From an uncultured archaeon (lineage in GTDB: Archaea > Altiarchaeota > Altiarchaeia > IMC4 > SCGC-AAA252-I15): 64,000 nt of DNA. This document shows positions 19,476-32,880 of the stretch, in pieces. Below the pieces are notes generated by a model that saw nothing but the letters and a program-made list of their open reading frames with translations, was not told where the DNA came from and did not search any database. Within the stretch, counting starts at the first letter, position 1. Each line of letters starts with the position of its first letter. The position numbers were made by a program, and so were the translations under genes. The DNA lies in assembly GCA_964587725.1 (NCBI GenBank), contig CAZPLO010000005.1, forward strand, positions 1-64,000. The letters run 5' to 3'.

Positions 19476-19996
19476 TTCACCTTCCTGCGCCGTCTCACAG
19501 GCTTTCTGTCCTCGATTGCCTGGGGCATGGAGCCGAAGTCGGCGCGCGCACGGTATGCGCTCAGGTTAAGTTCCCTGTAGAACGCGGACTGGCTGACTTC
19601 GTTCCGTATGTCCTCGCCCTCGCGCTCCGGGACGCCGAGTAGGACGCGGAGGTCGTCGACGTTCACCCCCGTCTCGTTCCTGCCCTTGAGTATGTAGTCT
19701 CTGCCGTCGTCGCGGTGGCCCCTGTGGACTCCTGTTATCTCCATCTTCTCGCCGCGCACCGCGGACACGACGTCTAGGAACCGGTCGGTCTTCTCCCGCT
19801 GCTGCATCAGGCCTCTGAGCTGTTTCCTGGCTTCGTCCGGCTTGATTAGGAGGGAGCGCTCCCTGGCCTTCGGCTTAACCTCCAGGAGGTCCGGGAGTTC
19901 GCCTTCCACGTCCTCGTTCTCCCGCCTAATCTGCTCCGGGATTTCGGCCCGAAGCTGCTTCATGAACTCCTCGAACGGCACCGTCGCATGGGGCAT
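19472..19996 (-). CDS. Hypothetical protein, possible N-lobe half of a split kinase
   Basis: ATG at 19996 (MPHATVP); DDGRDYILKG...DDLR motif; GTGA overlap with downstream ORF. Confidence 0.5.
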   Translation of the reverse strand: MPHATVPFEEFMKQLRAEIPEQIRRENEDVEGELPDLLEVKPKARERSLLIKPDEARKQLRGLMQQREKTDRFLDVVSAVRGEKMEITGVHRGHRDDGRDYILKGRNETGVNVDDLRVLLGVPEREGEDIRNEVSQSAFYRELNLSAYRARADFGSMPQAIEDRKPVRRRRKVK

Positions 19997-20188
19997 TTTA
20001 CCATAAGTGTTTAGGAGCGGATGAAATAAAAGGGCTTCCGCTTTTATTGGCTCACGTATAAATGGTAACCCGTATGTGATGAAACACGTTACGGGAACGG
20101 ATGTTGATTCAGTGGGGCCATGCGGCTCCGTGTCTGCTTCTGCAGGGCGCAATCACCCCCTCATTCTCATTGTATGCGGGGTGGCGGA

Positions 20189-23725
<3,537 letters not shown>

Positions 23726-23767
23726 TAAATATGGGCAGGGTATATTAATAAACCCTGAAATCCCCTG

Positions 23768-23863
23768 TTAGGGCGTTATCAGGCTGCCTGCATCCACTAT
23801 CAGGCTCAGCAGCACCAAGACCGCGCCCACCAGGACCATGGTGACATTCTGGGGCTTAATCAT
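23768..23863 (-). CDS. Putative 31-aa single-TM microprotein (MIKPQNVTMVLVGAVLVLLSLIVDAGSLITP)
   Basis: Hand translation; hydrophobic core; TATA-like TTTTTAAA upstream on the minus strand. Confidence 0.4.
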   Translation of the reverse strand: MIKPQNVTMVLVGAVLVLLSLIVDAGSLITP

Positions 23864-23921
23864 ATGATCCGGCTGATATAGGATTTGAGGGTTTAAAAAT
23901 GCTGGATTCGAAAGTTGTTAC

Positions 23922-25547
23922 ATGCGTTTCCTGCGTGTGCTGGCGGCCCTGCTGGCCTTGACGGCGTGCGTTCAGGGCCAGGAATGGCCTGTGCTCCAGC
24001 AGAACCCCGCCCACACGGGCTTCAGCGGCGCTGAATCCTCCCTGAACTACAGCGACTACGGGGTGCTGTGGACGTGGGAGACGGGCGGGCGGCTGCGTTA
24101 CACGCCGTTGGCCGCCGACCTCAACGGCAACGGCTTCCTGGAGGTAGTGTATGCCACCTTCGACGGGGTGGTGTATGCGGTGAACGCCGACGGCACTTTA
24201 ATGTGGTCTTACGACGCCGGCGTTCCCGTTACGTCGTCGCCCGCGGTCGGAAGCACCGGCGGGGGCAGGTTTGTTGTGTTCCTCGACGGAGACGCCAGGG
24301 TCACCGTGTTGGATTCCTCTGGAGGGGTTGCTTCATCGTATCCTGTCCAGGTGAGGCAGGCCAGTGTGTCGGCCGCGGACCTGGACGGCGACGGTACGTC
24401 GGAGGTCATAGTCGGGTCCTCAGTGTGGAGCGTTGACGGGATACCCCTTGATTACTCTCAGGCCGATCTGACGGCGGCGGGCGTCGCTGCGGGATACGAC
24501 GTGGTGGCGGACGTGAACGCCGACGGAGTGTATGAGCGGATGCGGGGGGAGTTGTCCAGGATGCCCCTGGCCGGGGACTTGGACGGAGACGGCAGATTGG
24601 AGACTGTGCGTTTCATCGAGGACGTATTGACCGGCGCCACCAACGTGGTGGTCTACGACTGGAGGCAGAATGCCCTGCACTCTTTCAACGGCAGCGGAGT
24701 CACCTCGCCGTTGACCGCCGCCGACCTGGACGGTGACGGGAGGTTAGAGGTGATTTACTGCTCTGGAGGCGTCGTGTCGGCGGTCGACACCTTCGGCAGT
24801 AAAGCGTTCAGCCGCCGGGTGCTGGAGGGCAGGTGCGCCTACGTGTTCCCCGCCGACTTGAACCTGGACGGACGCCTGGAGCTGGTCGCCGCCTCCGAGA
24901 AACACATACGGGTGGTGGGGGTATTGGTCGACAGCGACGGCGACGGCCTGATAGACTACACGGAGGACATGCGCGGCACCGACCGGTATCTGAGGGACAG
25001 CGACGGCGACGGCCTCGACGACATGCGCGACGAGTACCCCCTCGATCCCAGGAAGATAGAGGAGGCGGATGAGAAGAGCATTGAAACCACGTTGTACGAC
25101 ATAGCCGAGGTAATAGCGGGCGTCGGGCTGGTGGGCGTGTTCATAGTTCTTTTGTTCAGGGGCCTGTCCAGTCTGGCGGAGTCGAAGGCCCTGGAGAAGA
25201 CCGGTGTGGGGGGGCTGGTGAAAAAACTGAGGAAGGAGGAGGTGCGTGAGTCGGAGGACAGCTACTCCCGCTCCTACTTCAAACGCGGCAGGAACCTGGA
25301 GAAGGACTGGGAGGATGTGCTGCTGTCGGAGTACGACGGCGAGGACATAAGTCTGGCGAAGGAGCTGCTGTCCCTGGTGATGATGGGGCCAGTGCCGTCT
25401 GACGACGCCGCCGAGAAACTGAGGGTGAGCAAGATAAAGCTGGCGAAGTACGCGACCGTGCTGGAGGAGAAGGGCTACGTCGTAATCGACTCCAGCAGGG
25501 ACAGGAGCAACCCCGTGCTGCGACCGGGAGACAGGCTTACTTCTTGA
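23922..25547 (+). CDS. Membrane-anchored FG-GAP/PQQ-like beta-propeller protein with DxDGDG Ca-binding repeats and a C-terminal wHTH-like domain
   Basis: Signal peptide, repeated ADLDGDG..E motifs, DSDGDGL repeats, TM helix, cytoplasmic tail. Confidence 0.8.
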   Translation: MRFLRVLAALLALTACVQGQEWPVLQQNPAHTGFSGAESSLNYSDYGVLWTWETGGRLRYTPLAADLNGNGFLEVVYATFDGVVYAVNADGTLMWSYDAGVPVTSSPAVGSTGGGRFVVFLDGDARVTVLDSSGGVASSYPVQVRQASVSAADLDGDGTSEVIVGSSVWSVDGIPLDYSQADLTAAGVAAGYDVVADVNADGVYERMRGELSRMPLAGDLDGDGRLETVRFIEDVLTGATNVVVYDWRQNALHSFNGSGVTSPLTAADLDGDGRLEVIYCSGGVVSAVDTFGSKAFSRRVLEGRCAYVFPADLNLDGRLELVAASEKHIRVVGVLVDSDGDGLIDYTEDMRGTDRYLRDSDGDGLDDMRDEYPLDPRKIEEADEKSIETTLYDIAEVIAGVGLVGVFIVLLFRGLSSLAESKALEKTGVGGLVKKLRKEEVRESEDSYSRSYFKRGRNLEKDWEDVLLSEYDGEDISLAKELLSLVMMGPVPSDDAAEKLRVSKIKLAKYATVLEEKGYVVIDSSRDRSNPVLRPGDRLTS

Positions 25548-26259
25548 GCTTACCCTCCACCAGGTCCGTCAGCCGCTCGACGGCCCGGAGTATCTCTATG
25601 GGGATGGCGTAGACTACGGTGCCGGACCGGTCCGAAGACAAATCGTTTATGGAATGAAGGGTCCTCAGGTGCAGGGCTCCGGGGTTGGTGTAGAGTGTCT
25701 TGGCTGCTTTGGCTATGTTCTTGGCGGCAATCATCTCCCCCTCGGAGTTGATGATGACCCCCCGTTTCTCTCTTTCTGCTTCAGCCTGCTTGGCCATGGT
25801 CCGCTTCAGGTTCTCCGGCAACTCAATGTCCTGCAACTCGATGGCGGTCACCTTAATCCCCCAGGGGTCGGTTGCGACATCCACTATCTCCCGGAGTTTG
25901 TCCGCTATCTTCTGCCGTTCGCTCAGCAGCTCATCCAGGCTCACCTCACCGGCCACGTTCCTGAGCGACGTCTGGGCGTACTTTGAGGTGGCGTAGACGT
26001 ACTCCCTTATGTTGAGTATCGCGTTCTCTGGGTTGAACACCTTGAAGTAGATTACGGCGTTCAAGTTGACGGGGACGTTGTCCTGGGTCATGACCTCCTG
26101 CTTCGGTATGTCTATGGTCTTGACCCTCATGTCCACCACCGCCAGGCTGTGGTAGATGGGGATGATGATGTGGAGTCCGGGCTCCAGTATCCCCGCGTAT
26201 TTCCCGAAGCGGAACAGCACCCCCTTCTCGTATTCGTTTATGACTCTGAAGAACAGCAT
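25537..26259 (-). CDS. SPFH/band 7 (stomatin-like) protein
   Basis: VDMR..TIDIPKQEVMTQDNV, AQTSLR and AKQAEAERE motifs. Confidence 0.93.
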   Translation of the reverse strand: MLFFRVINEYEKGVLFRFGKYAGILEPGLHIIIPIYHSLAVVDMRVKTIDIPKQEVMTQDNVPVNLNAVIYFKVFNPENAILNIREYVYATSKYAQTSLRNVAGEVSLDELLSERQKIADKLREIVDVATDPWGIKVTAIELQDIELPENLKRTMAKQAEAEREKRGVIINSEGEMIAAKNIAKAAKTLYTNPGALHLRTLHSINDLSSDRSGTVVYAIPIEILRAVERLTDLVEGKLKK

Positions 26260-26260
26260 C

Positions 26261-27043
26261 TTAGTCCACCTCCTCCAGCGCCTTCAAAACCTCCAGTGGG
26301 ACGAACAAATGAACGGTGTTTGACTGGTCCGAGGACATGTCGTTGAGCGCGTGCAGGGACCGGAGGTGGAGGGCGCCCTTCTGGCCGTATAGCGTCTGAG
26401 CCGCCTTAGCCAGGTTTTCAGAGGCCACCACTTCCCCTTCCGCCTTGATTATGGTGGCTCGTTTCTCTCTTTCTGCTTCAGCCTGCTTGGCCATGGTCCG
26501 CTTCAGGTTCTCCGGCAACTCAATGTCCTGCAACTCGATGGCGGTGACGTCTATGCCCCACGGGTCCGTGGCCACGTCCACTATCTCCCGGAGTTTGTTG
26601 GCTATCTCCTGTCTTTCACTCAATAGTTGGTCGAGGCTGGCTTCGCCGGCTACGTTGCGCAGCGACGTTTGACCGTATTTCGAGACCGCATACATGTAGT
26701 CTTCCACGTTGAGGAACGCCTTCTGCGGATCCAGCACCCTGAAGTATATGACCGCGTTGACTTTGACGGGGACGTTGTCTTGGGTCATGACCTCCTGCTT
26801 GGGCACGTCAACGGTCATGATGCGCAGGTCCATCTTCACCAGGCGGTGGTAGAAGGGTATGATTACGTTCAATCCTGGCCCCCTGATGCCCCTGTATTTT
26901 CCGAAGGCGAGGAGGATGCCGCGTTCGTATTGCTTGATTATCTTGAAGAACATTGAGAGTATGCCCAGTATGAACGGGGAGCCGAATATGAGTAATGGTA
27001 TGCCCATGAACAGCAGGGTGAATATCACGTCCACTACGGCCAT
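26261..27043 (-). CDS. SPFH/band 7 (stomatin-like) protein, tandem paralogue
   Basis: Same motifs plus N-terminal hydrophobic segment. Confidence 0.93.
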   Translation of the reverse strand: MAVVDVIFTLLFMGIPLLIFGSPFILGILSMFFKIIKQYERGILLAFGKYRGIRGPGLNVIIPFYHRLVKMDLRIMTVDVPKQEVMTQDNVPVKVNAVIYFRVLDPQKAFLNVEDYMYAVSKYGQTSLRNVAGEASLDQLLSERQEIANKLREIVDVATDPWGIDVTAIELQDIELPENLKRTMAKQAEAEREKRATIIKAEGEVVASENLAKAAQTLYGQKGALHLRSLHALNDMSSDQSNTVHLFVPLEVLKALEEVD

Positions 27044-27105
27044 GGTGTATATTTCGCCGGAGCGGTATATAAGCTTTTTATAACCGTACTGCCATTGCTT
27101 AAAGG

Positions 27106-27777
27106 TTGCTTATGAACTTGGAGGAGAAGACGAATCTGATGCTGGGTTTGTTCGTTGCGTCGTTGATTGCCGCGAACCTCATAGGCACGAAGGTGGCGCA
27201 CGTGTTCTTCGACTTCAGCGTCGGCATATTCGCCTACCCCCTTACGTTTCTGATAACCGACATCGTGGAGGAAGTCCACGGGAAGGAGAAGACGAGGCAG
27301 TTCATGCACGTGGGGCTCGCGTGCCTGGTGTTCGTGCTGGCGATGACCGCATTGGCGGTGGGGTTGCCTTTCGCTGAAAGGAGTTTCGTGAAGGAGGACT
27401 ACACCAACGTGTTCGGCACCACCCTCCGCATTTTCCTGGCGAGCATCACCGCGTTCGCGATAAGCCAGAGCCACGACATCTGGGCGTTTAACTTCTGGAG
27501 GCAGAGGACCCATGGGAGGTACCTGTGGCTCCGGAACAACGCGTCCACCGTCGTCAGCCAGCTGATTGACACCACATTGTTCATGTTCATAGCATTCTAT
27601 TACCTGCCTTTCATCCCGGAGACCTTCAACACGTCCCCGAAGTTCACGGTCGCGTACGTGTTCACGCTGATTATACCGTATTGGCTGCTGAAGGTTGCGG
27701 TGGCGCTGTTCGACACCCCATTCTGCTACCTTGGTGTGGCGTGGCTCAGCGGAAGTAGTCCTCGAGAACCAGAATAA
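27106..27777 (+). CDS. Queuosine-precursor transporter (VUT/YhhQ family)
   Basis: YPLTFLITDIV.EV.G, LWLRNNAST..SQLIDT and DTPF.Y motifs; ATG at 27112 is a likely start. Confidence 0.9.
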   Translation: MLMNLEEKTNLMLGLFVASLIAANLIGTKVAHVFFDFSVGIFAYPLTFLITDIVEEVHGKEKTRQFMHVGLACLVFVLAMTALAVGLPFAERSFVKEDYTNVFGTTLRIFLASITAFAISQSHDIWAFNFWRQRTHGRYLWLRNNASTVVSQLIDTTLFMFIAFYYLPFIPETFNTSPKFTVAYVFTLIIPYWLLKVAVALFDTPFCYLGVAWLSGSSPREPE

Positions 27778-27946
27778 CCTGCTGCCGGTCCTCGTCCTCC
27801 ATGTACGGGCAGTCGTACGGGTCCCTGCCCTTAAGCAGGGCTTTCGCGAACAGCATGCACTTGGGGAGGCCGCACGGCGACTTCTCCCCGCAGTCCCTGC
27901 CCGGGAGGAGCTTGTATATCTCCGCCGCCGTGTCGCCCTCGTTCAC
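27746..27946 (-). CDS. Small Fe-S-binding protein (RnfB/CdhE N-terminal-type FeS domain)
   Basis: LPGRDCG...CG...C..FA..L......CPY. Confidence 0.8.
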   Translation of the reverse strand: MNEGDTAAEIYKLLPGRDCGEKSPCGLPKCMLFAKALLKGRDPYDCPYMEDEDRQQVILVLEDYFR

Positions 27947-29067
27947 CCCAGCACCTCACAGAGTATGTCAACCGCCTCGTCGACGTGCTTTTTTTCGATT
28001 ATCAGCGGCGGGAGCAGGCGGAGGGTGTCTCCGCTGTATATCACCAGCAAGCCTTTTTCAATCAGCTCCAGGGTTTTCTTCCGCCCGTCGTCGACGTCGA
28101 CTCCAACCATGAGTCCGCGGCCGTGCGTATCATACGGAAGCTTCTTCACCATGTAATCTCCCATTTCACGGGCGTTGTCGACCAAATGCTCCTCTTCGAT
28201 GACGTCCAAGACTGTGTTGGCTGCGGCGCATGCGAGGGGGCTGCCGTTGAATGTGCCCCCATGCTGTCCCGCCTCGAAGTCCATCCCACTGTATAACGTT
28301 GCGCCTATTGGGTAGCCTGAGCCCATGCCCTTCGCGACCACCAGTATGTCCGGGTTTATGTCGGCGCGGTGAAAGTCGAACCATTGTCCGGTGCGGCCGA
28401 ACCCGGTCTGCACCTCATCCACTACCATCAACACGTCTTTTTCCTCGGTGACCTCCCGCACCCCCTTGAGGTAGTCGTCGTCGGGGACGATGATGCCGCC
28501 CTCCCCCTGTATGGGCTCCACTATGACGGCGGCGGTGTCGTCTGTGATGGTTTCATCCAGTGATTCGATGCTCCCGTAGTCGGCGAACTTGAACCCCGGC
28601 ACCAGCGGCTGGAACGGTTTCTTGTAGTTTTCCTTCCACGTCGCCGACAGCGCGCCCATGGTGCGGCCGTGGAAGCTGTTTTTCATGGATATTATCTCTT
28701 TTTTGCGGGTGTGTTTGCGCGCCAGCTTGAACGCGGTTTCAACCGCTCCGCTGCCGTCGTTGCTGTAAAAAAGGCGTTCCATGCCGGTGAGCTTGCACAA
28801 CCGTTCCGCCAGCGTCAGCTGCGGCTCCGTGTAAAACCAGTTGCTGGCGTGCATCAGCTTCGACGCCTGCTCCTCCAATGCCTTCACCATGCGGGGGTGG
28901 TTGTGTCCGAGCGCCGACACCGCTATGCCCGCGTAGAAGTCCAAGTACTTTTTGCCGGCGTCGTCGTATGCGTACGCGCCTTCGCCGCGAACCAGCAGCA
29001 CCGGCAGGCGGTTGAACACCTGCGCGAAGTGTTTGTGCTCCAGTGCGACGGCTTCCTCGTAGTCCAT
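27943..29067 (-). CDS. argD: Acetylornithine aminotransferase (class III PLP)
   Basis: FHGRT, EPIQGEGG, DEVQTGFGRTG, AKG and HGGTF motifs. Confidence 0.9.
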   Translation of the reverse strand: MDYEEAVALEHKHFAQVFNRLPVLLVRGEGAYAYDDAGKKYLDFYAGIAVSALGHNHPRMVKALEEQASKLMHASNWFYTEPQLTLAERLCKLTGMERLFYSNDGSGAVETAFKLARKHTRKKEIISMKNSFHGRTMGALSATWKENYKKPFQPLVPGFKFADYGSIESLDETITDDTAAVIVEPIQGEGGIIVPDDDYLKGVREVTEEKDVLMVVDEVQTGFGRTGQWFDFHRADINPDILVVAKGMGSGYPIGATLYSGMDFEAGQHGGTFNGSPLACAAANTVLDVIEEEHLVDNAREMGDYMVKKLPYDTHGRGLMVGVDVDDGRKKTLELIEKGLLVIYSGDTLRLLPPLIIEKKHVDEAVDILCEVLG

Positions 29068-29117
29068 CTCCCCTCTTATATTGGGTTTTTCTTATTATTA
29101 GTATCCGTTAAAATAAG

Positions 29118-29921
29118 ATGGGGTCCTTGGAGCGTTTGAAGGGTTTGTGGAGGGGGTTCAGCTCGTGGGTCGGCGGGTGCTGGAACATGTTCCTGAACAT
29201 GCTTCCGGAGGGTCTGCGGCCGTGGGTGGCGGACGCCGCCGACGTGGTTAAGACCGTGCTCATAGCCATCGTGGTGTTGAAGCTGCTGTTCGGAGCGGAC
29301 ATGCTGGTTCCCCTAGTGGTGGTGACCTCCAGCAGCATGGTGCATGAGCCCGGGGACAGCAGCTGGCGGGCGTGGATGACCGGCCGCGGCATATCCGACG
29401 ACCGGGTGGATTCGTTTCCAATGCAGGGTGGCTTCAACATGGGGGACATGATACTGGTGAAGAACCCGGAGGCGGGGTTGGGGGATGTGGTAATCTATGA
29501 GCGGGACTTCCACCACCTCCACTTCGAAAGCACCGACCCCATAATACACCGGGTGGTGGGCGTCGCATACGTCCGGGGTTACGTGCCCGTGGACAGCGAC
29601 GGCACGCTCGACTGCCTCACCCTGGATGGCTTGAAGCCGTATGCGGAGCTGGTGCGTGACTGCCATAGGGGGGTGGAGGACTGCCCTTACCCCGACTACC
29701 CCGTCGGCGGCGACTTCAGATTCTTCATAACCAAGGGGGACCACAACACCGGCACCGACCAGTGCAGCAGCCGCCTCAACATATCGTATCCCGTGAACGA
29801 GGAGCAGGTGAAGGGCCGGGCGCTGCTGCGGCTCCCCTACCTGGGGTGGCTTAAGCTGCTCCTCAACTTCATCATAAGCATTCCCGTGTACGTGTTCAGG
29901 CTGCTGACGCTGCAGTTTTAA
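29118..29921 (+). CDS. Archaeal signal peptidase I (S26/SEC11-like)
   Basis: VVVTSSSM, GD, PIIHRV and ITKGDHN motifs. Confidence 0.85.
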   Translation: MGSLERLKGLWRGFSSWVGGCWNMFLNMLPEGLRPWVADAADVVKTVLIAIVVLKLLFGADMLVPLVVVTSSSMVHEPGDSSWRAWMTGRGISDDRVDSFPMQGGFNMGDMILVKNPEAGLGDVVIYERDFHHLHFESTDPIIHRVVGVAYVRGYVPVDSDGTLDCLTLDGLKPYAELVRDCHRGVEDCPYPDYPVGGDFRFFITKGDHNTGTDQCSSRLNISYPVNEEQVKGRALLRLPYLGWLKLLLNFIISIPVYVFRLLTLQF

Positions 29922-29922
29922 G

Positions 29923-30555
29923 ATGAGAATCCGGGACCCCCTCGTGTACGCGGCGGCGTTCTACTTCATACTGTTCAGCTCATTGCTTGTTCACGAGTTC
30001 GGGCACGTGTATTCGGCGCAGTACATCACCAAGGACTGCATGTTCACCGAAACGCACCTGACCTTCGATTTGCTGGTTCTCCGGCGCGGCGGCATGACCT
30101 ACTTCACCTGCAGCCACGGCGTGGAGCCGTACGAGCCGCCTCTGCTGGATGTCGACCTCGGGGACCCCACCGCCCCCACCGTCACATACTCGGTGGGGGA
30201 GGCCAGGGGGGTTCGCCTGCTGACCAGCCCCTTGACGACGGGGTGGTTCACTGCCTTGATGGGGCCGGCGCTGGAGCTCATATACGTGACCTGGATTGTC
30301 CACTGGCTGGCGGACCGGTTCAAACAGATTAGGGTGATTAAGGCGTCGTACCTGATTTTTTTGTTCATGATTTTCGTGAGCAGCCGCATGGACTTCCAGC
30401 AGGCGGTGCCCGCGGAGGGGGCGGTTCTGTTCATTGCCGGCTACTTCACGGCCTACATGGTGATTGCGCTGACGCACGTGACGTTGAACACCCAATACTA
30501 CCGGAGCCTGACGAAGTCGATGGCCTACTCCGTCACCGAACGGGTTGAGCTGTGA
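29923..30555 (+). CDS. Membrane metalloprotease-like protein (M50-like)
   Basis: LVHEFGH, ALMGP and distal Asp in hydrophobic segments. Confidence 0.6.
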   Translation: MRIRDPLVYAAAFYFILFSSLLVHEFGHVYSAQYITKDCMFTETHLTFDLLVLRRGGMTYFTCSHGVEPYEPPLLDVDLGDPTAPTVTYSVGEARGVRLLTSPLTTGWFTALMGPALELIYVTWIVHWLADRFKQIRVIKASYLIFLFMIFVSSRMDFQQAVPAEGAVLFIAGYFTAYMVIALTHVTLNTQYYRSLTKSMAYSVTERVEL

Positions 30556-30581
30556 ATTTTATTGTGTGACTCACATGTGAT

Positions 30582-32837
30582 ATGAGTATGCGTCTGCTTG
30601 GGTTGGAGCTGGAGAACTGGGGCTGCCACGGCAGCCTTCAGGTTGATTTGGGGAGCGGGCTGCAGATTGAGGGCCGGAACGGCACCGGCAAAAGCAGCAT
30701 CCTGGAGGCGCTGCGTTTCATCTTCAAGGAGACGGCGAGGGGCTACACGAACCGGGTGAAAAACGGTGAGCGCGAGGCCTTCGTTAAACTGACGTTCGAA
30801 CACGAGGGCGTTACGTATGCGGTCGAGAAGCGCCTGTATGTGGACAAGCCGTCGCAGGCCCTGATGCTGGCGGGGGAGACGCAGGTGGCGGACAACCCGT
30901 CGAGCGTCTACGACCGCCTGCAGAACATATTGTCGGAGGAGGTGTTGGACAAGCTCCTGTATATTCCGCAGGGGGGGTTGACCGCCGTGTTGGACAGGCT
31001 GTCGGGGAAGGACGGTAAACTGGAGATGGACCGCCTCTTCGGCCTGGACCGGCTGGAGCGGGTGTGGGAGCGGGCGGGGCAGGAGATTCAGGAGGAGGCG
31101 GCCCGCCTTCAGGTATTGTCGGATGAGTTGAAGAAGCACCCCGACGACGCCGGCGAATACGGGCGGCTGCTGGAGGAATACAGTGCGCGGGAGCGGGAGC
31201 TGAAGCAGCGTTCAGACACCGCCGAAAAAGACCTTGATAAAATCCTATCCAACCTGAAGTCGAAGGAGGAGTCGCTGAAGTCTTTGGAGTCTGCGCGGAA
31301 GGAACGGGACTCGCTGACGAAGGAGGTTTCCGTCGTTCAGGTGAAGTTGGCGGAAGCCAACAAGGGCTTGGAGTCCGTCGGCAAACGGCTGAAGGAGCTG
31401 GGTGAACGCCGCCGCGAACTTGAAGGCCTTTCCGCCGCGCTGAAGTCCCTGGAAAAGTACAAGAGCATACGGGAGCTGCTGCAGGAGCTGAAGTCGGTGG
31501 ATGGGGGGCTCGACGGCTTGAAGGATTTGCGCGACAAAAAGCAGTCCCTCGATTCCCTGGAGAAACACCTTCAGGGGAAGGCCGCCGCAGAAGAAGCCCT
31601 TTCACGGCTCCGTGATTCGGTGAGGAAGCTGGAGGAGGATTACGCGGCCCGCAAGGCCGACCTGGAGCAGGCGGCAAAATACTATAAGGAGTTGGGGGGT
31701 TTGGACGGCCACGTTAAGTGCCCGCGGTGCGGGCAGAAACTGAACGCCTTCATCATCGAGCGGGAGACGAAGGAGACGGCGGTGAAGATTAAAGGCCTTG
31801 AAGAGTACCGTGTGAAGGTTGAAACCCGGCTGAAATCCGCTTCACAGGAGCTGAAGAAGCAGGAGGAGTCGGTTGAGGAGCTGCGGCGCATGGAGGCTGA
31901 GGCCAGGGTGCTGCGGAAGGACGTCGGCGAGCGTGAGAAACGGGTTGTTTCACTGATGGAGTCCGCCGACGGGGTTCGGAAACGCCTTTCTCAGGCGGGG
32001 TACGGCGGGGAGAAACCTGCGGTGGTGGAGGAGAACTACAGCGAGTATAACCGCCTGTCCGGGAGGGTGCAGTCCCTGCGGAGGGAGGTTGAGGAGGCGG
32101 CTTCGTTGGAGGCGGAGCGCGGGCAGCTGCTGGGTGAACGCGACCTGCTGAACAAGCGGGCGGCGGAGGTGGAGGAGGCTGTTTCAACCCTGGATTACAG
32201 TCCGGAAGCCCATGAGCGGGCGTCCAAAGAGCGTGATATGCTGTCGGAGACCCGGTACGGCCTGGAGTCGGATTTGAAGAATCTGGAGGGGGAGCTGCGG
32301 CGCCTCGGGGAGGACCGTAAGATGGTGGAGGAGAAGCTGGCTGCCTATACGGGCCTGCTGGACCGCCACACAACCTCTAAGAAGCGTGTGGGGCTGTTGA
32401 GGGCGGCCCGTGAGGTGTTCCACCGGGACAAGGGTCTGGTCCGGTACCTCCGGGAGACGTTCATCGAGCGTCTGAACCGTATGCTGACGGTGCATTTCAA
32501 GCGGTTCAACCAGAATCCAAGGTACGTGGATGTGCGGTTTGACCGGGATTATAACATCGTGTTCAAGACGACGTCTGGGGAGTTGTCTGTGGAGCAGGTG
32601 AGCGGGGGCGAACGCGTTCAGCTCGCTCTGGCGTTGCGCATCGCCTTAATCGACTTGATGTCCCCCGTTCCTCTTCTCATACTGGATGAGCCGTTCGGGA
32701 GCCTGGACGAGGTTCACCGTGAGTTGTTGGGTGAGGCGTTGAACAGGATTGGGGAGCAGGGTCAGCTGATATTGGTGACGCACGTGCGCGTGGACAGCCT
32801 TCAGCTGCGGAGTAGACTGGATTTGGGCGGGTACTAG
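30582..32837 (+). CDS. rad50: Rad50/SbcC-type SMC ATPase
   Basis: GRNGTGKS Walker A, CPRC zinc hook, SGGE signature, LILDEP Walker B, coiled coils. Confidence 0.88.
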   Translation: MSMRLLGLELENWGCHGSLQVDLGSGLQIEGRNGTGKSSILEALRFIFKETARGYTNRVKNGEREAFVKLTFEHEGVTYAVEKRLYVDKPSQALMLAGETQVADNPSSVYDRLQNILSEEVLDKLLYIPQGGLTAVLDRLSGKDGKLEMDRLFGLDRLERVWERAGQEIQEEAARLQVLSDELKKHPDDAGEYGRLLEEYSARERELKQRSDTAEKDLDKILSNLKSKEESLKSLESARKERDSLTKEVSVVQVKLAEANKGLESVGKRLKELGERRRELEGLSAALKSLEKYKSIRELLQELKSVDGGLDGLKDLRDKKQSLDSLEKHLQGKAAAEEALSRLRDSVRKLEEDYAARKADLEQAAKYYKELGGLDGHVKCPRCGQKLNAFIIERETKETAVKIKGLEEYRVKVETRLKSASQELKKQEESVEELRRMEAEARVLRKDVGEREKRVVSLMESADGVRKRLSQAGYGGEKPAVVEENYSEYNRLSGRVQSLRREVEEAASLEAERGQLLGERDLLNKRAAEVEEAVSTLDYSPEAHERASKERDMLSETRYGLESDLKNLEGELRRLGEDRKMVEEKLAAYTGLLDRHTTSKKRVGLLRAAREVFHRDKGLVRYLRETFIERLNRMLTVHFKRFNQNPRYVDVRFDRDYNIVFKTTSGELSVEQVSGGERVQLALALRIALIDLMSPVPLLILDEPFGSLDEVHRELLGEALNRIGEQGQLILVTHVRVDSLQLRSRLDLGGY

Positions 32838-32880
32838 AAAAGTAAGGGTAAGAGAAAAAGAAGCCGGGTGGGCTCATGCG

